Positions 36,933 through 50,970 of a stretch of 64,000 nt of DNA are shown here, piece after piece. Location: the NCBI GenBank assembly GCA_965202585.1, contig OZ241828.1, forward strand, positions 54,622,001 to 54,686,000, in the 5' to 3' direction. The notes below the pieces were generated by a model that was given only the letters and a program-made list of their open reading frames with translations, was not told the origin of the DNA and made no database searches. The translations under genes were made by a program, and so were the position numbers. The DNA is from Thalia democratica (taxonomy: Eukaryota). Numbering within the stretch: position 1 is the stretch's first letter; the number at the start of each line of letters is the position of its first letter.

Positions 36933-37598
36933 GGCTATAGGGGAGTTAAACACTTTTTTCACAAGTCGATCTTATTTAATAAAATACTATCTTAGCTACC
37001 AGATGTTTTTTATAGCTTTACAAAATTCAAAGTAGTTTTTGAGATATAAGCGGTCAAAGCCGGAGAGTTCCATAGGGACCTAATGGAAGGCGCAAGCTAA
37101 AAACGCGGAAATATCTATTTCACTAAAAATCTATTTCCTCCTAGGTTTTTTAAGCTAGGTACCTCAAATTTTCAAAAAATATTCCTTACACAGTTTAAAA
37201 GCTTTTGAGTGTTGTAATTTCAAATAATTGAAATTTACAAATGTAAGGTCTAAAGTTCGAAAAAAAACACTTTTCTTTGAAAAAAGGAGACTTTTTCTCA
37301 AAATAAAAAAATTTCCTACACTCAAATGATTTAAAATTTAGTAATGAGTAAACTTTGAAATCTTGAATAAGATTGCTTAAAAACTGTAAGAGGAGATAGA
37401 TTTTTAATGAAATGGTTTTTTTTTGCCTTTTTAGTTCGCACCTTCTATAAGGAAGCTATTGAGCTGGCCGGCTTTGACCCCTTGTATCTCGAAAACTACT
37501 TTGAATTTTGTTAAGCTGTAAAAAGTATCTGGTAGCTAACATTAAAATCTATCAAATAAAATCAACTTGTAAAAATCAAGGTGGACCCCCCTATAGCC
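36933..37598. mobile_element. Long-TIR MITE nested in the hAT element, Kolobok-like
   Basis: GGCTATAGGGG / CCCCTATAGCC termini with about 150-200 bp of imperfect inverted repeat; flanked by TTAA and TTAC. Confidence 0.75.
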
Positions 37599-37703
37599 TT
37601 ACCAATCTAAAATCAATTAAAATCAAGTTCTTGAACAAAACTAACTAGAAAATCACAAAATATTGAAATTTGGATCATCTCAAACTCATTCGAAATCTAA
37701 AAG

Positions 37704-37865
37704 AAAACTAGCCTGAGTTTTTCAAAAAATCTTAAAACTAGCCTGAGTTTTTATATAAAACTAAACTAGCCTGAGGCAGCCTTAGATTTTCAAAAATATT
37801 CAAACTAGCAGGATTGCCACCAAAAAATATTCAAACTAGCTAGAGTGAGTGCAAACTAGCCTGAG
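37704..37865. repeat. Irregular minisatellite (aaactagcctgag core, about 6 units)
   Basis: Repeated aaactagc(ctgag) at roughly 20-38 bp spacing. Confidence 0.7.
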
Positions 37866-39509
37866 TCTAAAATTACTTTAATCCAATAATCAGTAGAACA
37901 GCTAGCCATAAGGTTGACAATTTGGTAGTAAAGTTTTTAATTTTACATCATAGGTAAAGAGTTGCATTTCTGAAATGTTTGTTTCATAGTTTAAATGTAA
38001 ACAAATGTAAATTAGTCACAGTTACAAAATGAGCCAATCACGGTAGGTGTTTAATTTTTGAACGAAAATGACTCGTTTTAATTTACACAGGGCTTGTATT
38101 TGAAAAAATACTTTTTTGTATGCTCTTTTTTACTAACTAGATCCGAATCAGTCGGATCTCTGTTAGGATCCAGCTGGACCCGGATCAAAACTTTTTTTTT
38201 CAAGTTAGGATCCGGACGGAGCCGGATCCGGACGTTTTTTTTCAAACTAGAATCCGGTCGGAGCCGGATCCGGACTTTTTTTTCAAATTAGAATCCGGCC
38301 GGAACAAGATCCGGATTTTTTTTCATATCAAGATCCGGCTGGATCCGGATATCAGAAAAAAATGGCAATATCCGGCCGGACCCGGATAGTGAGTCCAGTA
38401 CATCACTAAACTTAACACACAATTTCTATCTTAGAATATATTATTATGTTTTCATAAGTTAGTATATAACAATTCCATCTTAAAATTGTATATTATTAGA
38501 TATTACCGAAAATTTTTTGTATTATTTTTTACTTTATTGATAATTTTGTTTAGCAAATTCCTTATTTACAGATTTCTTAAACATTAGCTTAAATATGTTT
38601 GTTAAATGCTAATTTTAATAAAATTAGTTTCTACTTGGAATTAGTTTTATTATTTCTGAAAAACAAAATTTATTACAATAAGAAAGTATTGTTATTATAT
38701 GGTATATATGATATCACGATTCACGACTACTAAGCCACATACAAAAAATGGTTTGTACACCTTAAAGTTTAACTATTTGTATAAAATTACAAACAGCTTG
38801 TGCAACTCAAAAAAAAGCTATACATGGCAGTTCGGTATTTTATTACAATGATTTACTAACTGCTTAAAGTTATATGGAAAAAAATGACATAAAAGTAACT
38901 TTAATTAGTACATTTAGTACTAGATGGCAAACCTATGGGATATTACAAAACACTATTGCTTTACTAACAAAAGAAAGAAGAAAATCATGATTTATTTTAA
39001 ACTCCTAATAACTAATCACATGAAAACTTATATTTTCATTTTACCTAAGTAAAAATAAAAAAACAGCCTTAGTCTTTCAAAAAGCTTTAAACTAGTATGG
39101 GGCTCATACTATGAACTTGCCTGATTTTAACAAAGTTTAAAACAAGTCTGAGAATGTCAAAGTGTACAGCAACACTGAAAACTATGATTTCTATTATACA
39201 CTAAACTATTAAAAAAATGTAAGTTAACATAAATCATTTTTACATAATAGTAGAGAAAGAAAATTAATAAATCTTAATAATTGTACTAGTTTTAATTTAA
39301 CTGTAGAAATAAGTACCTATTTTTTTGGCTTAATCATATTTTTCTACAGGTTTATTTTGTTAAAGCTCGTTTTTCCTGTGTGGTAACCATGACATATTTA
39401 AAAAAAATATAAAAAATACTTTGTGCCAATTTTAACAATTAGAAAAAATGTAAACACACAAACAGGCCATCAATACTCCGTTATTATATATATATATATT
39501 GTTTATTGA

Positions 39510-39650
39510 ACAATAAAAAAAAAGCGCTCAGAAACTTTGGTCTAAGGACCTGGTGCACAAAGGAACCTTTCGGTTCTCGAATACATACAAATTTTACCTA
39601 AACTCTTAGTACTTGAGCAAGAAACCCCTCAAATAGCTTTGCTAAGAGTT
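39510..39650 (+). repeat. Dispersed repeat copy (family of 2685-2850)
   Basis: aaaaaaagcgctcagaaactttggtctaaggacctggtgcacaaagg; matches the 17.8 kb and 50.8 kb copies. Confidence 0.6.
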
Positions 39651-41224
39651 TAGGTAAAACTTGTATGGGTTATAATATATTCTAAAAACAATAGTTAATT
39701 ATAATTAAATTATGAAACTTAACTATACAAGTCTGTTAAAAATAAAAATTATAAAAAAAAAAAAGTTTGCATAAAAGTCTGTAAACCTAAAAATCGAAAA
39801 TCGTGTAAATTGAAACTTTTCTGAAATATTTATTAAGGCTTCTGGTGAAAAAAAAATTGAAAAAAGAAATAATTACAAGTTTAAATTTAGTTTAATAAGT
39901 ACGTTAAAAAGAAAATTAATTTTTTTTTAAATTTTATATGTTCACCACTTATATGTTCTTGTTTTTAGTAAAAATACAAAGCAAAAAATTGTTAAGTACA
40001 GCGTTGTTGTATAAAATAAAGTTTAAATGCAAAATTTTTGGTTTAAATTGCTAAAAGTTATAGACAAAGGAAAACTAGTCTTAGTAACTAAAACCTAGCT
40101 TAAACCAGCCTGGGTTTATTAAAATACTTCAAAAAAGTTTTCAGGCTTAAATGCAGTTGCCATAAAAGCTAGCGTGCGTTTTTAAACTTATATTTATTCT
40201 ATTAATATAAATACTATTCTAATCCATAGCACCTTTAGGACTTAAATTTTTATTTGTAATTAAAACTAAAACTGTAAATTGAAAAAGACCCACACCATAA
40301 GTTTTATTTGCCACTCTTCAAAGCAATAAAGTCAGCCTGGTGATCAAAAACCTTGTCGGAGATTTTAGAATTGAACTTAAACTTTTTTCAAAAAATCAAG
40401 AAATGCCACGATAAAACTTTGTTTAAGTCGTCTTTAATTGGGCACAAGTGTGATGATTGCAACATGTAAAAAAAAATCCAACTTAAAACTCCAAGGTCGC
40501 GTGTTTTGGGTCCCTACAGTTTGCATCTGAATAATTTTTAGAAAATCGAATTCCGACGAGATAAAAGTTTCTTCAAATCATCTAAAGTTTAACACAGAAT
40601 GTTTTTGTGGTTTATACTAATAAAAAAATAGGTAAAAACTCATAAGTCACACCGTATTTACAAGCGCCTTATTGTACATAAAAACTAATTTCAAGTGTAA
40701 AAAATTATAACGACTCACAACCGAAAAACTAACAATTTTACTTTATGTCTTTTTATCATGATGTTTTTAATGTTTCTGAGTACACATAAATATACTACAT
40801 TTTGGAAATATTTATAATAAAAACTTAGGTATAAGTTACATGCTAAACATAACACCTAAGTTTAAAAAAAATAAAGTTTTAGTTCGTTACTGTGCATTAC
40901 TTTTGTTCAAAATAAAAAACATTCGCATTTAGTTAATTTATTTAGCATGTTTTTCATAAATAATTTCTGAATCCAAGTAATTTTAAAACTTATTTCTATT
41001 TCACCAGTTGCTGTTGAAAAAAGGCAGTTACTATTTTAACTAAAAAAAAAAACGCTGCAAGAGGGTCAATCTGTATTTGAAAAATTTTAAGCTTAAGCAG
41101 TAAAATATTTTGATTGGTTTCAAACGTTTTCCAGTGTCGTAAAAGAAAAAAATATTTAATTACATCATTTAACAACAAAAAATCAATTAATTTCTTTTTG
41201 TTCAACGGGACAAATTGACATGAA

Positions 41225-41332
41225 GACGGACCGCAAACTTCTCTTTTGCGGGCCGCATTTTATTCAAAATAAAAACATGCTCCGTGGCTGCAGATTTACT
41301 ATTTGAGGACCGCAGCTGCCTATGCCAAACCT
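41225..41332 (-). mobile_element. Decayed hAT MITE fragment
   Basis: gcgggccgcatt...tttgaggaccgcag...tgccaaacc is the reverse complement of motifs in 52655-53001 and 24927-25527. Confidence 0.45.
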
Positions 41333-43104
41333 TGTGTTAATAGATAACTTCTGCTTATAAACTGATTTTGTTGCGCACTTTCGTAATTTACTCAAGTTAC
41401 ATTATTACTTTAGTAAGATTAATAAAACTAATCGGTAAGTAATATAAAATTGTAAAAAAATGTTTTTCGAACGTGTGCAATATATTTCATTATAGTTCAA
41501 ACTTAGAATCTAATAAAATAAAAATAAAATGATTGTTAAAATAAAATTAAAAATAAACATATAACAACACTAAAAAACTTATAATGTATTTTTTTCATAA
41601 GCTAATTTATCAAAGTACACGGTCTGTAACATTAATTTTTAAAAAGAAGCTGTATTTTTATATAACATTTGAATAGTTCTACACATTCATGATTAAGTGT
41701 AAATTAGGTTGTTAGAGTTAAAGTATTACTACTCAAATTCGATTTTTTCAAAATAATCCTTTTCAATGCATTTCAGTTTTATAACCATAATATTAACATA
41801 AAGTTTTCACTATAAAATGTTTAATGTATCAGATTATTTTTTTAATTCTGCTAAAGCAGCAGCAAACAAAAAATAACAAGTATTTTTTTAAGAGTCACGT
41901 AAACTTAAAACTTTGTATTTAATAAAATAAACACTTAAGTATGCTAAACTTTGATTAAATTACGGGTGTCTCACTACATTAAAAATTGCTTGTTTCATTA
42001 AGACTGAATATAATCTTTATTTTTTTAACATTGACTTTGTAAACTTGCTAACTGGTTTGCAAAGAAATTTATAATTTGATATAATTTTCCCTAGTAATTT
42101 TCTGAAAGATATTTATCGTCTGTGTTTATAATTAGAATTTAACTTTCTCAAAAACTGTTTATAACATTTATAATAAAGTAGTTAACATTAAGTTGGTGCA
42201 TAAAATCAATTTAAATTAAGTTTATTCAATGTAGTTTAGGTAAAAGATTTTTAAAGTCTTTTCTTACTTTTAAGACCTTTATATAAAAAAGGAGCTTATG
42301 AAAAATAAGTTTGTTTAAAAATTTAGTTTATAGTTTTTCTATTCTTAAAATTTTAAAATGTTGTTTATCTTTAGTAGGTTATTATTTTCTTTATTTTAAA
42401 TATATATTTTTTTTACTACTACTTTAAGTTTACAAAAAGTAAACTATAACGTTTTAAAAAATTAAAGTATGATGTAACTTGACATAAACATTATACCATA
42501 AATAACAATATACAAGAGTCAACAGCTTTTTACATTCAATGGTCTAATTTTACGTATCTAAATGCTTACGGGCCGAACTATACAGTAAGTAGTCGTCCGC
42601 GGGCCGCTTTTATAAATATTAGTTCTTAGAATAAATAGAAAAACCCAACTTTAAACAACTAATTATTACATTAAGAGCCTAATCGTAAGTGTTTGTCACA
42701 AAAACTTTTTAATCTTACCTTTGAAAGTTATTTTTAATGTAAATTATTTCGCAGTTTTCAATTTCCTTTATCATACTGCAACTGTTAGAAGCTTCTGGGA
42801 CAGACTCCAATCTTAGTTTTGATCTTTAAAACAAATAATTAAACTTAGATGTAATTTAATATTGATAAAAATTTCAGCACTTTATTTATTCTTATTTAGA
42901 ATGGTATCACCAACAAACAAAATTTAAGCTCTTTTTTTTTCATTAAACTTTTTGAACTTAACTTGATACTAGAAGTCATTTTTTTAAAAAATACTACGAC
43001 AAACCTCTTAAAACTTTAAAAAAATATAGAAAAAAATACTAGCTAGAAAAAAGCTCTATTGGACCCAAACGACAAGCTACTCAAAATAGACATACTTTCA
43101 TTGT

Positions 43105-43395
43105 GTAGATATAAGAAATGCACGAAGGTACACTTTTGCACGGAGGGTCAGTTTTGCACAAGTAACGTTTTGCACGAAGCAGTAAGTAAGCAGAAAAAGG
43201 CTTACCGACCAAGGGTAAAGATTAGGGGAAACTGCAAAAGTAAAAAATCAAAAAGAAAAAGAAATTTAATGACCAAGTGTAAGGGTTATTGGTAATAGTA
43301 GTAAAAAACTAGCATAAAAAAAGAATAAAAACTTTAACCCGTGCAAAAGTGACTCTTCGTGTAAAAGTGACCATTTGTGCAAAATCAACCAGTTC
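43105..43395 (+). mobile_element. TGCACG-array foldback MITE
   Basis: Paralogue of 27175-27560. Confidence 0.65.
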
Positions 43396-45384
43396 TAAAT
43401 GAGTTTCAATCGCACTGTTTTTTACATTTAGTAGCTAATCAAATTTAAAAAAAAATGTTTACGTTTTAGTCATTGGTTATTAACCTGACATGTTAAATAT
43501 CGAGAATATTACAAGCCTTAAAAACATTTTTATTTTTTATTTTTTATTGTTTTTAAATCTTTTAAAAATTAAACAAAAGTTTTTAATACTGTTCGATACC
43601 TTTATATTATTTTAACGCTTTATTTGAAGTAGGAGCCTTTACTAGTATGTTGTTTTTAAGTTGCGAAAGTATAAAGTGTATGTCTTAAAAAAGTGAACCA
43701 GCAAAGAGATAAGTTAAGCACAATTTTTGTTATTAATTGAGCACTATTAATATTTACAAATGTAGTTTTGTTATAAAATAGTAAAAAAAAATTGCTTTAA
43801 GAGGCTATTATAGAAATAAGTTTTCAAAACGACAATGAAACTAAATTTATTACTAACGACTGTTTATAGTTGAAGCAAGTAAAAAAATTGATATATTACT
43901 TAAGATTAATTCAATACCTAACTGACATTCGAGCTTACTACAATCACTAAAAATATTTTTTTAATATGAAATAAAAACATTTGACGAACTTAAATTAATA
44001 TGATAATTCAGTATAAATATGATTTTATTTTGTCTATTTTAAAGTGTTGTGATTGTTTGAATATTTCAAAATACATATAACATAAAATAATTTTTTAAAC
44101 GCCGTTTTATGAGTCAAATATACAGGTTTAAATTCATGAGATTGTTTTATTTTTGGAAGACTAGCCTCAGTATAGTTTAAAAATCATAGTATAAATATTT
44201 TTTTAGTATTGTATTAAACATAGTGTCGAATATCATGAAAATGTTTGTTTTTAGAATTAATTTTTATTAGTAATAAAATGTTTAACGAATGTTCTGTGTT
44301 TTGGTTAATTTTAGCTACAGCAGTATTAGTAACGAATTAATAAATAAAATTTTCTGATATTTTACTTGACTTAAAATTTCAAATAGTAAAAAAATGTCCA
44401 ACATTTTTTGTCCAACATTGCACAATAAACAATGTAATAATAAATGTATACTTAAGAAATAAAAAATAAAAGTATTATTCCATTTTAGTTGAGTTTGTTA
44501 AACTAAGTTAATGTAAAAACAAAGAAACAAATATTTTAGAAAACCTTAATAAAAAACCTGCTACAAAAGAGCTAAAAAAAAATTAAAAAAAAATTTGTAG
44601 AACACTGACCTTAGCTTGAAACTTTAATTTTTCAAATATTTTCTTTTCTATATTATAGTATTTAAGCAAACAAAGTTTTAAACTTTTAAATGTAGTTTTG
44701 AAACATTTTTTTGTTATTAAATAAGGTTTCAAACCTTTATTGCATTTAGTTTTTTTACACAGACCAAGTAAAAAAGTTGTTTTTTAAACAGTAAAGAGTC
44801 CATTTTGTACAAGTTAGTTGTTCTCGTCAAGGTTTTGCTGTTTTTCAAACTTTCTAGTGAGCTGATTAAAAGTTTCTGATTGAAAATTAAAATTTTTATA
44901 TAACTTGTTTTACTATAGTTACTTGAATTATATAAATACTTCTGTTAGAAAGTGTGTAATTCTGTTAAAAAAACAAATTTGTCAATAAGAATGCTTAAAC
45001 TTTTTTATTTAGGATGTATAATAATGTTTGAATTCACTAAAATTGTATTCATTGTTTATAATCATTAATTTTATTTGAAAAGAGAAATACTTGATATTTT
45101 TTGGTAAAAGTATTTAAGCTTAGTGTAGTTTGCTATAACTAATATAATTGTGTATCTTAATTAAAAAAGTTGTCTTATTAGTTTTAGTAATTTTTTTTAA
45201 ATTTTTTAGTTTTTAAAATTTTTCAATGAGTAAACTTATTTTTATACAACTTATTAGCATTTTATTCTGTTCACTGCTTACAGGTGTTAAATATGAAGTA
45301 GTCTCCTTTAAATAAGACTAAAGTTTTTTAAAACTTTTTAGTTTGTTCTTAATGAACACTTTTTTCAGGTTTTACTTTAGGGTA

Positions 45385-46245
45385 ATGATGTTTTCATACA
45401 ATGTGATTTTGGTCTCCGCCATGTTTCTTCTGATGTTGCGCTTATCCACAGTAATGTCGGCAAATCCGCTGCGTGAAGGTCCTCAAAAAGAAGAAAATTA
45501 CGACGGATGTGAAGTCGTTAGAAAGCTGGTTGAGAACGCTTACGGAGTTAAACAGTCGTTTAAGAACTACGACAAGATCCACAGTCTTTTTTTTTGCTGA
45601 TGGCCTCGAGATTAAAGCTGAATTTCGATTAACATCCGACCAAGTTGATGAAAAGATTACCATTCCGAAGAAAGTTACTGAAGATCCCAAGTTCATATTT
45701 CTTGTTGACAGCCTTTTTGATGACATTATAGATTACAAATTGTCCTGTATAGGTGAATTGTGTTACACGTGTGAAGAAAGACTCCAAATGTTTGAATTAT
45801 GTCCATTTGAGTTAACAGCAGAACACTACGCTATAATTGGCTCCGTAGAGTTGTTTGATTTGTCAGCGTTAGAAAAGCTAGTTCACAGAGCTACAGTTAC
45901 CAGTTTCTATGGAGACGATTGTATGTTTGCAGAATATTATGATTTACCACTTAAACCTTGGTGTAGGAGAAAATCAGCATATTCGACTACTTTTCCATCT
46001 CTAGGATGTATTACAACCAGTTCTCAAACGTGACTATTGAAATGAAGTTTGAACTCTGCGAAAAGTCTGATTCCTCAAAGTGCTACCAGTTCGGATTGGC
46101 TATTTCTTCTGATACTTCAAAAGCTCCACATTATATCACTAGATGGCGCAAACCTGCCATTCTCACTTTGATAGATCCGTTCAACGGCATGAAGATTGAT
46201 TTTCTGAAAGATGTGAACGGCAAAAAGAAGCATGATGAATTTTAA
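45385..46245 (+). pseudogene. Orphan ER-luminal-type gene (signal peptide + HDEF), copy B, disrupted
   Basis: +1 frameshift in the T run at 45587-45595 (stop at 45598-45600) and a compensating -1 near 45964; reconstructs to ~286 aa ending KKKHDEF. Confidence 0.8.
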
Positions 46246-48044
46246 GCTTTTTTCGTGCTCCATTGTTTTTGTTTTGACTGAGAAATTTTTTAGTTTCTAA
46301 ACTGTGTTGTGTTGAAGTTTTTCTGAGTTTGCTTTCTACTGCGTTAAAAATAATAAACTTGTGTTGTAATAAAAGCAGTTCGATTTATAAATATTTTGTA
46401 AGTTAGTTACAAGACTGGTGGCTAATTAAGTGTACTTAAAAAATATTTAAGAATGAAAAATCTAAATATAGTAAATAAATAAGCTAAATATATAAACTTA
46501 ATTACTAGTTTTTAATGATATTTAACAGTTAAATAGTCTATTAAAACTTTGCTAAAATAAAAAGATATTCGAGATTTCCGTATTGTTATCTTGTTTATGA
46601 GATTGTTAATTTAAATGTCTAGTATTTCAGATCTAACTTCTGCTAGTTGCAATATTATGCATTAATATGAACTGTGTGGTAGCTACAAAATGAATTAATT
46701 GAAGTATCTTATTATTTTATAGATTTTGTCACGTCTTAGGTTTATGACTTGTATACAGTTAAAATAGAAAAGAAAAGAGTTAAGGTACACTAAAAATAAA
46801 GTCTCGTAAGCAATTAGGATAAATGAATATATTAAACAAATAATTCATAAGATAGTCTTTAAAAGCAGCAAAATATTTATGTCATACATTGACTTCATCA
46901 AACAAAAAATGCACTTCTATTCTTAAAAACTGTAAACATTTTAAAAATATTATTTCAAAATAAAACTTTGTTTGTATAGCTGAACATTACTTTTATATGA
47001 CGTTAATTCAAAACCGATAGTTTTTTTTATTTAGTATTCAGAACTAATTAATATTGGCATTCTAGCAAGCTTTCGTTCGCCTTATTAATTGATAACCCGA
47101 GATTCAAAACAGTTTTTGAACAATGAAAAATTATATTTGTTTATACAAGTTGATAGTACTTTTCACTAACTTAAAACACTATTAGAAAACAAAAATGTTT
47201 GCTTTGCAAAAAATATTTTTCACTTTTCGAAATGTTGTGTTCATGTTGTAATGAAACTGCTTCCTTTAAATGTTTGCTTTTTTTTTGTTACCGATTGTTA
47301 AACCGCTAGACTTACTAAAGCTTTATATATATAACGATTCTGTTTTAAACAGACTTTTGTTTGAAAGTAACATTTTGGCTCACAAGTCCAATTTGTAGTA
47401 GTTAGAAGGTCATCACTGTTAATACTGTTAATAATGTCATCTTACTTTTAAATACTAATTTATGAATAAGGCATTCATTTTAGGCTGAATAAAACAATAT
47501 ACAATTGATTCATAAGATACTCACATTGATAAACACTTAGTAAGTTTTGTTTCTTTTTCACAACTTTTTGTAACTAGTTTAATTATGATAGATTTGTATA
47601 TTATTTGTCTATACTTTAAAGCTTCAGGTTTAAAAATTTAAGACTTAAGTTATAGATATTTATTTAATACTTTAAGTTAATAATTTCATACCACGTTGCC
47701 ATATTAATTGCCATATTTTATATATTTTTCGTTGATTTTTTTTGTCGTTTTTAAATTCTTACAGCAGAAAGGGCTAAAAAAAACTTAAACAAAATAGTTT
47801 AAACAAATTAAATCTAAGTTTGAGTAAAGTGATCTTATAAACAATTGATTTTTTTTAATACTTTTATTTATTAGTTTAAAATATTTTTAAAGTTTTTATC
47901 TCGTTATTTTTACCAGTTTTATTGTACTAAAAAATAATTTGAATAGTGTTTTATATTAATTTATAAGACATCAATTATAGGTAATAAAGAAATTGATATT
48001 TTACAATAATAACAACTTTAATGACTTTTTAAGTATACACAAAC

Positions 48045-48552
48045 TGGGTAGGTGACAATTGTATACGAAGAGAGACTCAAAGACACTTTTGCACGAAGAC
48101 ACATTTGCAAGGATTGAATTTTTTTACATGTTTTATTTCTTTTTAATCTTATATTTTTATTATTTTATTTTTACTATTACTGTTACACTTAATCCTTATT
48201 CTCGTACGGTAACTTTATTTCTCTCTTTTTGTTTTTTTATTATTTCATTTTCTTATTTAAGATCAATTAGTTTTTCTTATTTCTTTTAACTACCACTGGT
48301 AACCCTAACCCTTACTCTCTTTAGGTAACTTATATTTATTCTTTTTTTAATTTACATTATTATGTTATATTTTTTTCTTGGTTTTTCTCAGTAATTTTCT
48401 TTTATTTATTTTTGTGTTTTACTCTCATGAAAAATTATCATTGGTACAAAAGTGACCTCTCGTGCAAAAATTTCTTCGTACAAAACGGTCCCTTTGTGTA
48501 TATTTTACCCTTCGTGAAAATATGTCTTCGTGCATATTTAACCTGTTCCCCC
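48045..48552 (-). mobile_element. TGCACG-array foldback MITE with telomere-like cores
   Basis: tgcacgaag / cgtgcaaaa arrays; internal taaccctaacccttac. Confidence 0.7.
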
Positions 48553-48847
48553 ATAAACTAGTTACGTTTCTATTTAAAGATATCGTTATACAGACAAATA
48601 AAAAAGAAGTCTATTTAAGCTGTGATTACTAGCATTTATTGTTGTATTAAAATAAATGAAAAGTTATTAGTAAACTTTTAACAGACTTTAACCTTATATT
48701 TAACCAATGACAAAATTTTTTTTTTGTTTTTCCTAATGGTGTTTACAGTATATGGAGCTGTTACTGAATCCTCATCAACAAGTTAGTTTTTTTTATAATG
48801 TTTATTAAAAGAATTTCTAGTTATAACTTACTAATAACGAACAAGTA

Positions 48848-49874
48848 CAGTAACCTGCTAGCTAGGTGCGAACTGCCGGTATGGTACGCATTTTTAGCAA
48901 AAAAATGCTGTGTTCAAAATTCAATTTTTAGCTGGTTGTAATTTAAAAAAACCTTACACTATATTTAAAACAAGTGTTTACTTAAGAAAAATAAGCTATG
49001 AATTTACGAACTGTATATCAAACTCCATATTCAAAACAATTATGTTACAGTTTATTTAAAGAAAATAAAAACAGTGCACTTTAAATTTGAATACCCTATG
49101 ATTATGACATAAGAATAAAAATGTTTGAAAGGTCATAAAGTATTTAGATGAACAAAATAATGAGCAGTGAATTTAACGTTTACACACCCAATGATTGTAT
49201 TATAAATAAGAAAAGCGTATAAAAAAGCCATATTAACAAATTTATAAAAGGTTAAACGTTTCAGTTGACACTTGCATACCAAATAATTGAAACACAAGCG
49301 TAAAAATAGCAAAAAAAGAAGTTTTACTGAAAATAAAGAATATTGTTACAGAGATTTATTTAGAAATAGATGCCTTTTAAAACATTTCTGTTAGTGTAGC
49401 AAACATTTTTTGTTGCTTTTTTATAAAATTTAAAACCCTAAACTGGTGTTTTTGAGTAATCACAAACAAATAAAAGCATGATTAATATTTTCATATATAT
49501 TCGTTTACTTGTTATTAGTTATTTCATGATTATGTGTACTATTTAAATCTAAAAGCTACAAGGAAATGCAAGAGAAAATTAAAAAAATATTTTGGATTAA
49601 ATATAAACTGCAGACATAAATAAATACTTATATATAAACACATAGATTATATAAATCCTAAAGACTTGTAATGTTCTTTTAAATTCTTTTAAATATGTTT
49701 TGTTTTAATGATAAAAGTTTTTTTTTTTTCATTTGTTAATTTAAATGGCTTTTAACATGTTTGTATTAGGCTTAATGTAGCTAATGAAATGCAAAATTTC
49801 CTAGGTACGCACTACCGGTTGGGTACGCACTTTTGTGCTGTGTTCAAAGCTCGTACCTAGTTGGCAGTTTACTG
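48848..49874. mobile_element. Tc1/pogo-like non-autonomous element in the pseudogene intron
   Basis: TA-CAGTAACCTGC ... GCAGTTTACTG-TA termini with inverted taggtacg subterminal motifs. Confidence 0.7.
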
Positions 49875-50809
49875 TACTTATAACTTAATGAAAATTATTT
49901 TATTCTTCATAAATTCGTTTGGCGTTAAAAGAAGTTCTATGCTTAACTAAAAATTTATTAAACTTTATAACTTATAAACCAGTGCATATCAAAATTGGCA
50001 AATTTAAACAATATTGCGATAACAAATTGTTAACTTCAAGTAGAAATGATAATTTATAATGAAACTCCAAACCATCTATTTAATTTATCTTAATTTAGAT
50101 ATAAAACATAGTTTTAGAATTTTTAATTAATCAAAACATATTTATACTGTATTTTTAAGTGAACAACCAAAAAGCAAATTTTACGATCTATGTACTTTGT
50201 AATTTAATGTGCAAAATGTTTATAACTTTGTGATTTACTGTACACAGAATTCTAAAAGTTTGACACTAGTTCTTATTTATTTATATTCCTAAACGTTTTG
50301 AAGGTTTTAGCGCGTATGTTTTTTTGCGTAAAAATTCAGAAAAGATTAAGGTACTAGTTTATTTTAATCAAATTGGTAGAAGATTTTCTTGGGAGTATTT
50401 CTACTTTGTGAGTTATAGATGCATCAAACAGGATTTGTACTGGGCCAATTTTTAAATAGTTTTGCGCATTAAGCATAGCTGTATGTTTTCAGCTAGATTG
50501 TAGTAAATGTATACATGTAGTTAATTTAACAAGATAAAAACACTTACGCTTACAAATGTTGTCAAAGCAGTTGGTACATAGAAAGACTTTTAGGTAATTG
50601 CTTTGTTTTTCGTTTTAATGAAACTGTTTGTGATCAATCAAATAGATTTAAACATGGGTTTTAAAACTTATTTTTATTATTGCCTACTTGGTAAAAGTTT
50701 CAAAATAATTGCCCCCCTTATAGTTATTTCTCTCTAATAACCCTGGTTTAAAGTAAGCGATTTAATTATAGTTTATTTAACGATAAAAAAGACTCTTAAA
50801 TTACTTGGT

Positions 50810-50970
50810 ACTAGGACCTGGTGCACAAAGAATCTTTCGTTATTGGGTCGCACACCACGGATACCTTGTAGCGTATTGTCTAGGACAAGACAATATATCA
50901 AAATTCTAAACATAATATTTGCCTACTTTGTAAAAAACCTAGAAAATGTTCTTTTAATTTTATTCCACTT
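50810..50970 (+). repeat. Dispersed repeat copy (family of 2685-2850)
   Basis: aggacctggtgcacaaag...gtcgcacaccacggatac...ttgtctaggacaa. Confidence 0.55.

Larger units (their letters stand above)
36113..38408. mobile_element. Non-autonomous hAT element (2.3 kb) with CCGGATCCGG subterminal arrays
   Basis: TIRs tagtgatgtaccggac / gtccagtacatcacta; 8-bp TSD aatttaac / aacttaac (1 mismatch); no transposase ORF; absent from duplicate B. Confidence 0.85.
25915..38790 (+). repeat. Segmental duplication copy A (direct repeat of 41840-52440)
   Basis: Collinear anchors 26040/41960, 26625/42570, 27130/43060, 28208/45385, 29820-30800/46960-47920, 33724/48736, 34147/51243, 38600-38730/52260-52370; boundaries approximate. 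Confidence 0.9.

Noticed and set aside
36090-38291. ORFs with PDPDPD / GSGRSRIR repeats (36090-36311, 38094-38291)
   Set aside because: Translations of CCGGATCCGG subterminal arrays of the hAT element.
40300-40520. Possible MITE related to 1568-1892
   Set aside because: Only one end-like motif (aaaactccaaggtcgc...ccct); no matching left end or TSD.
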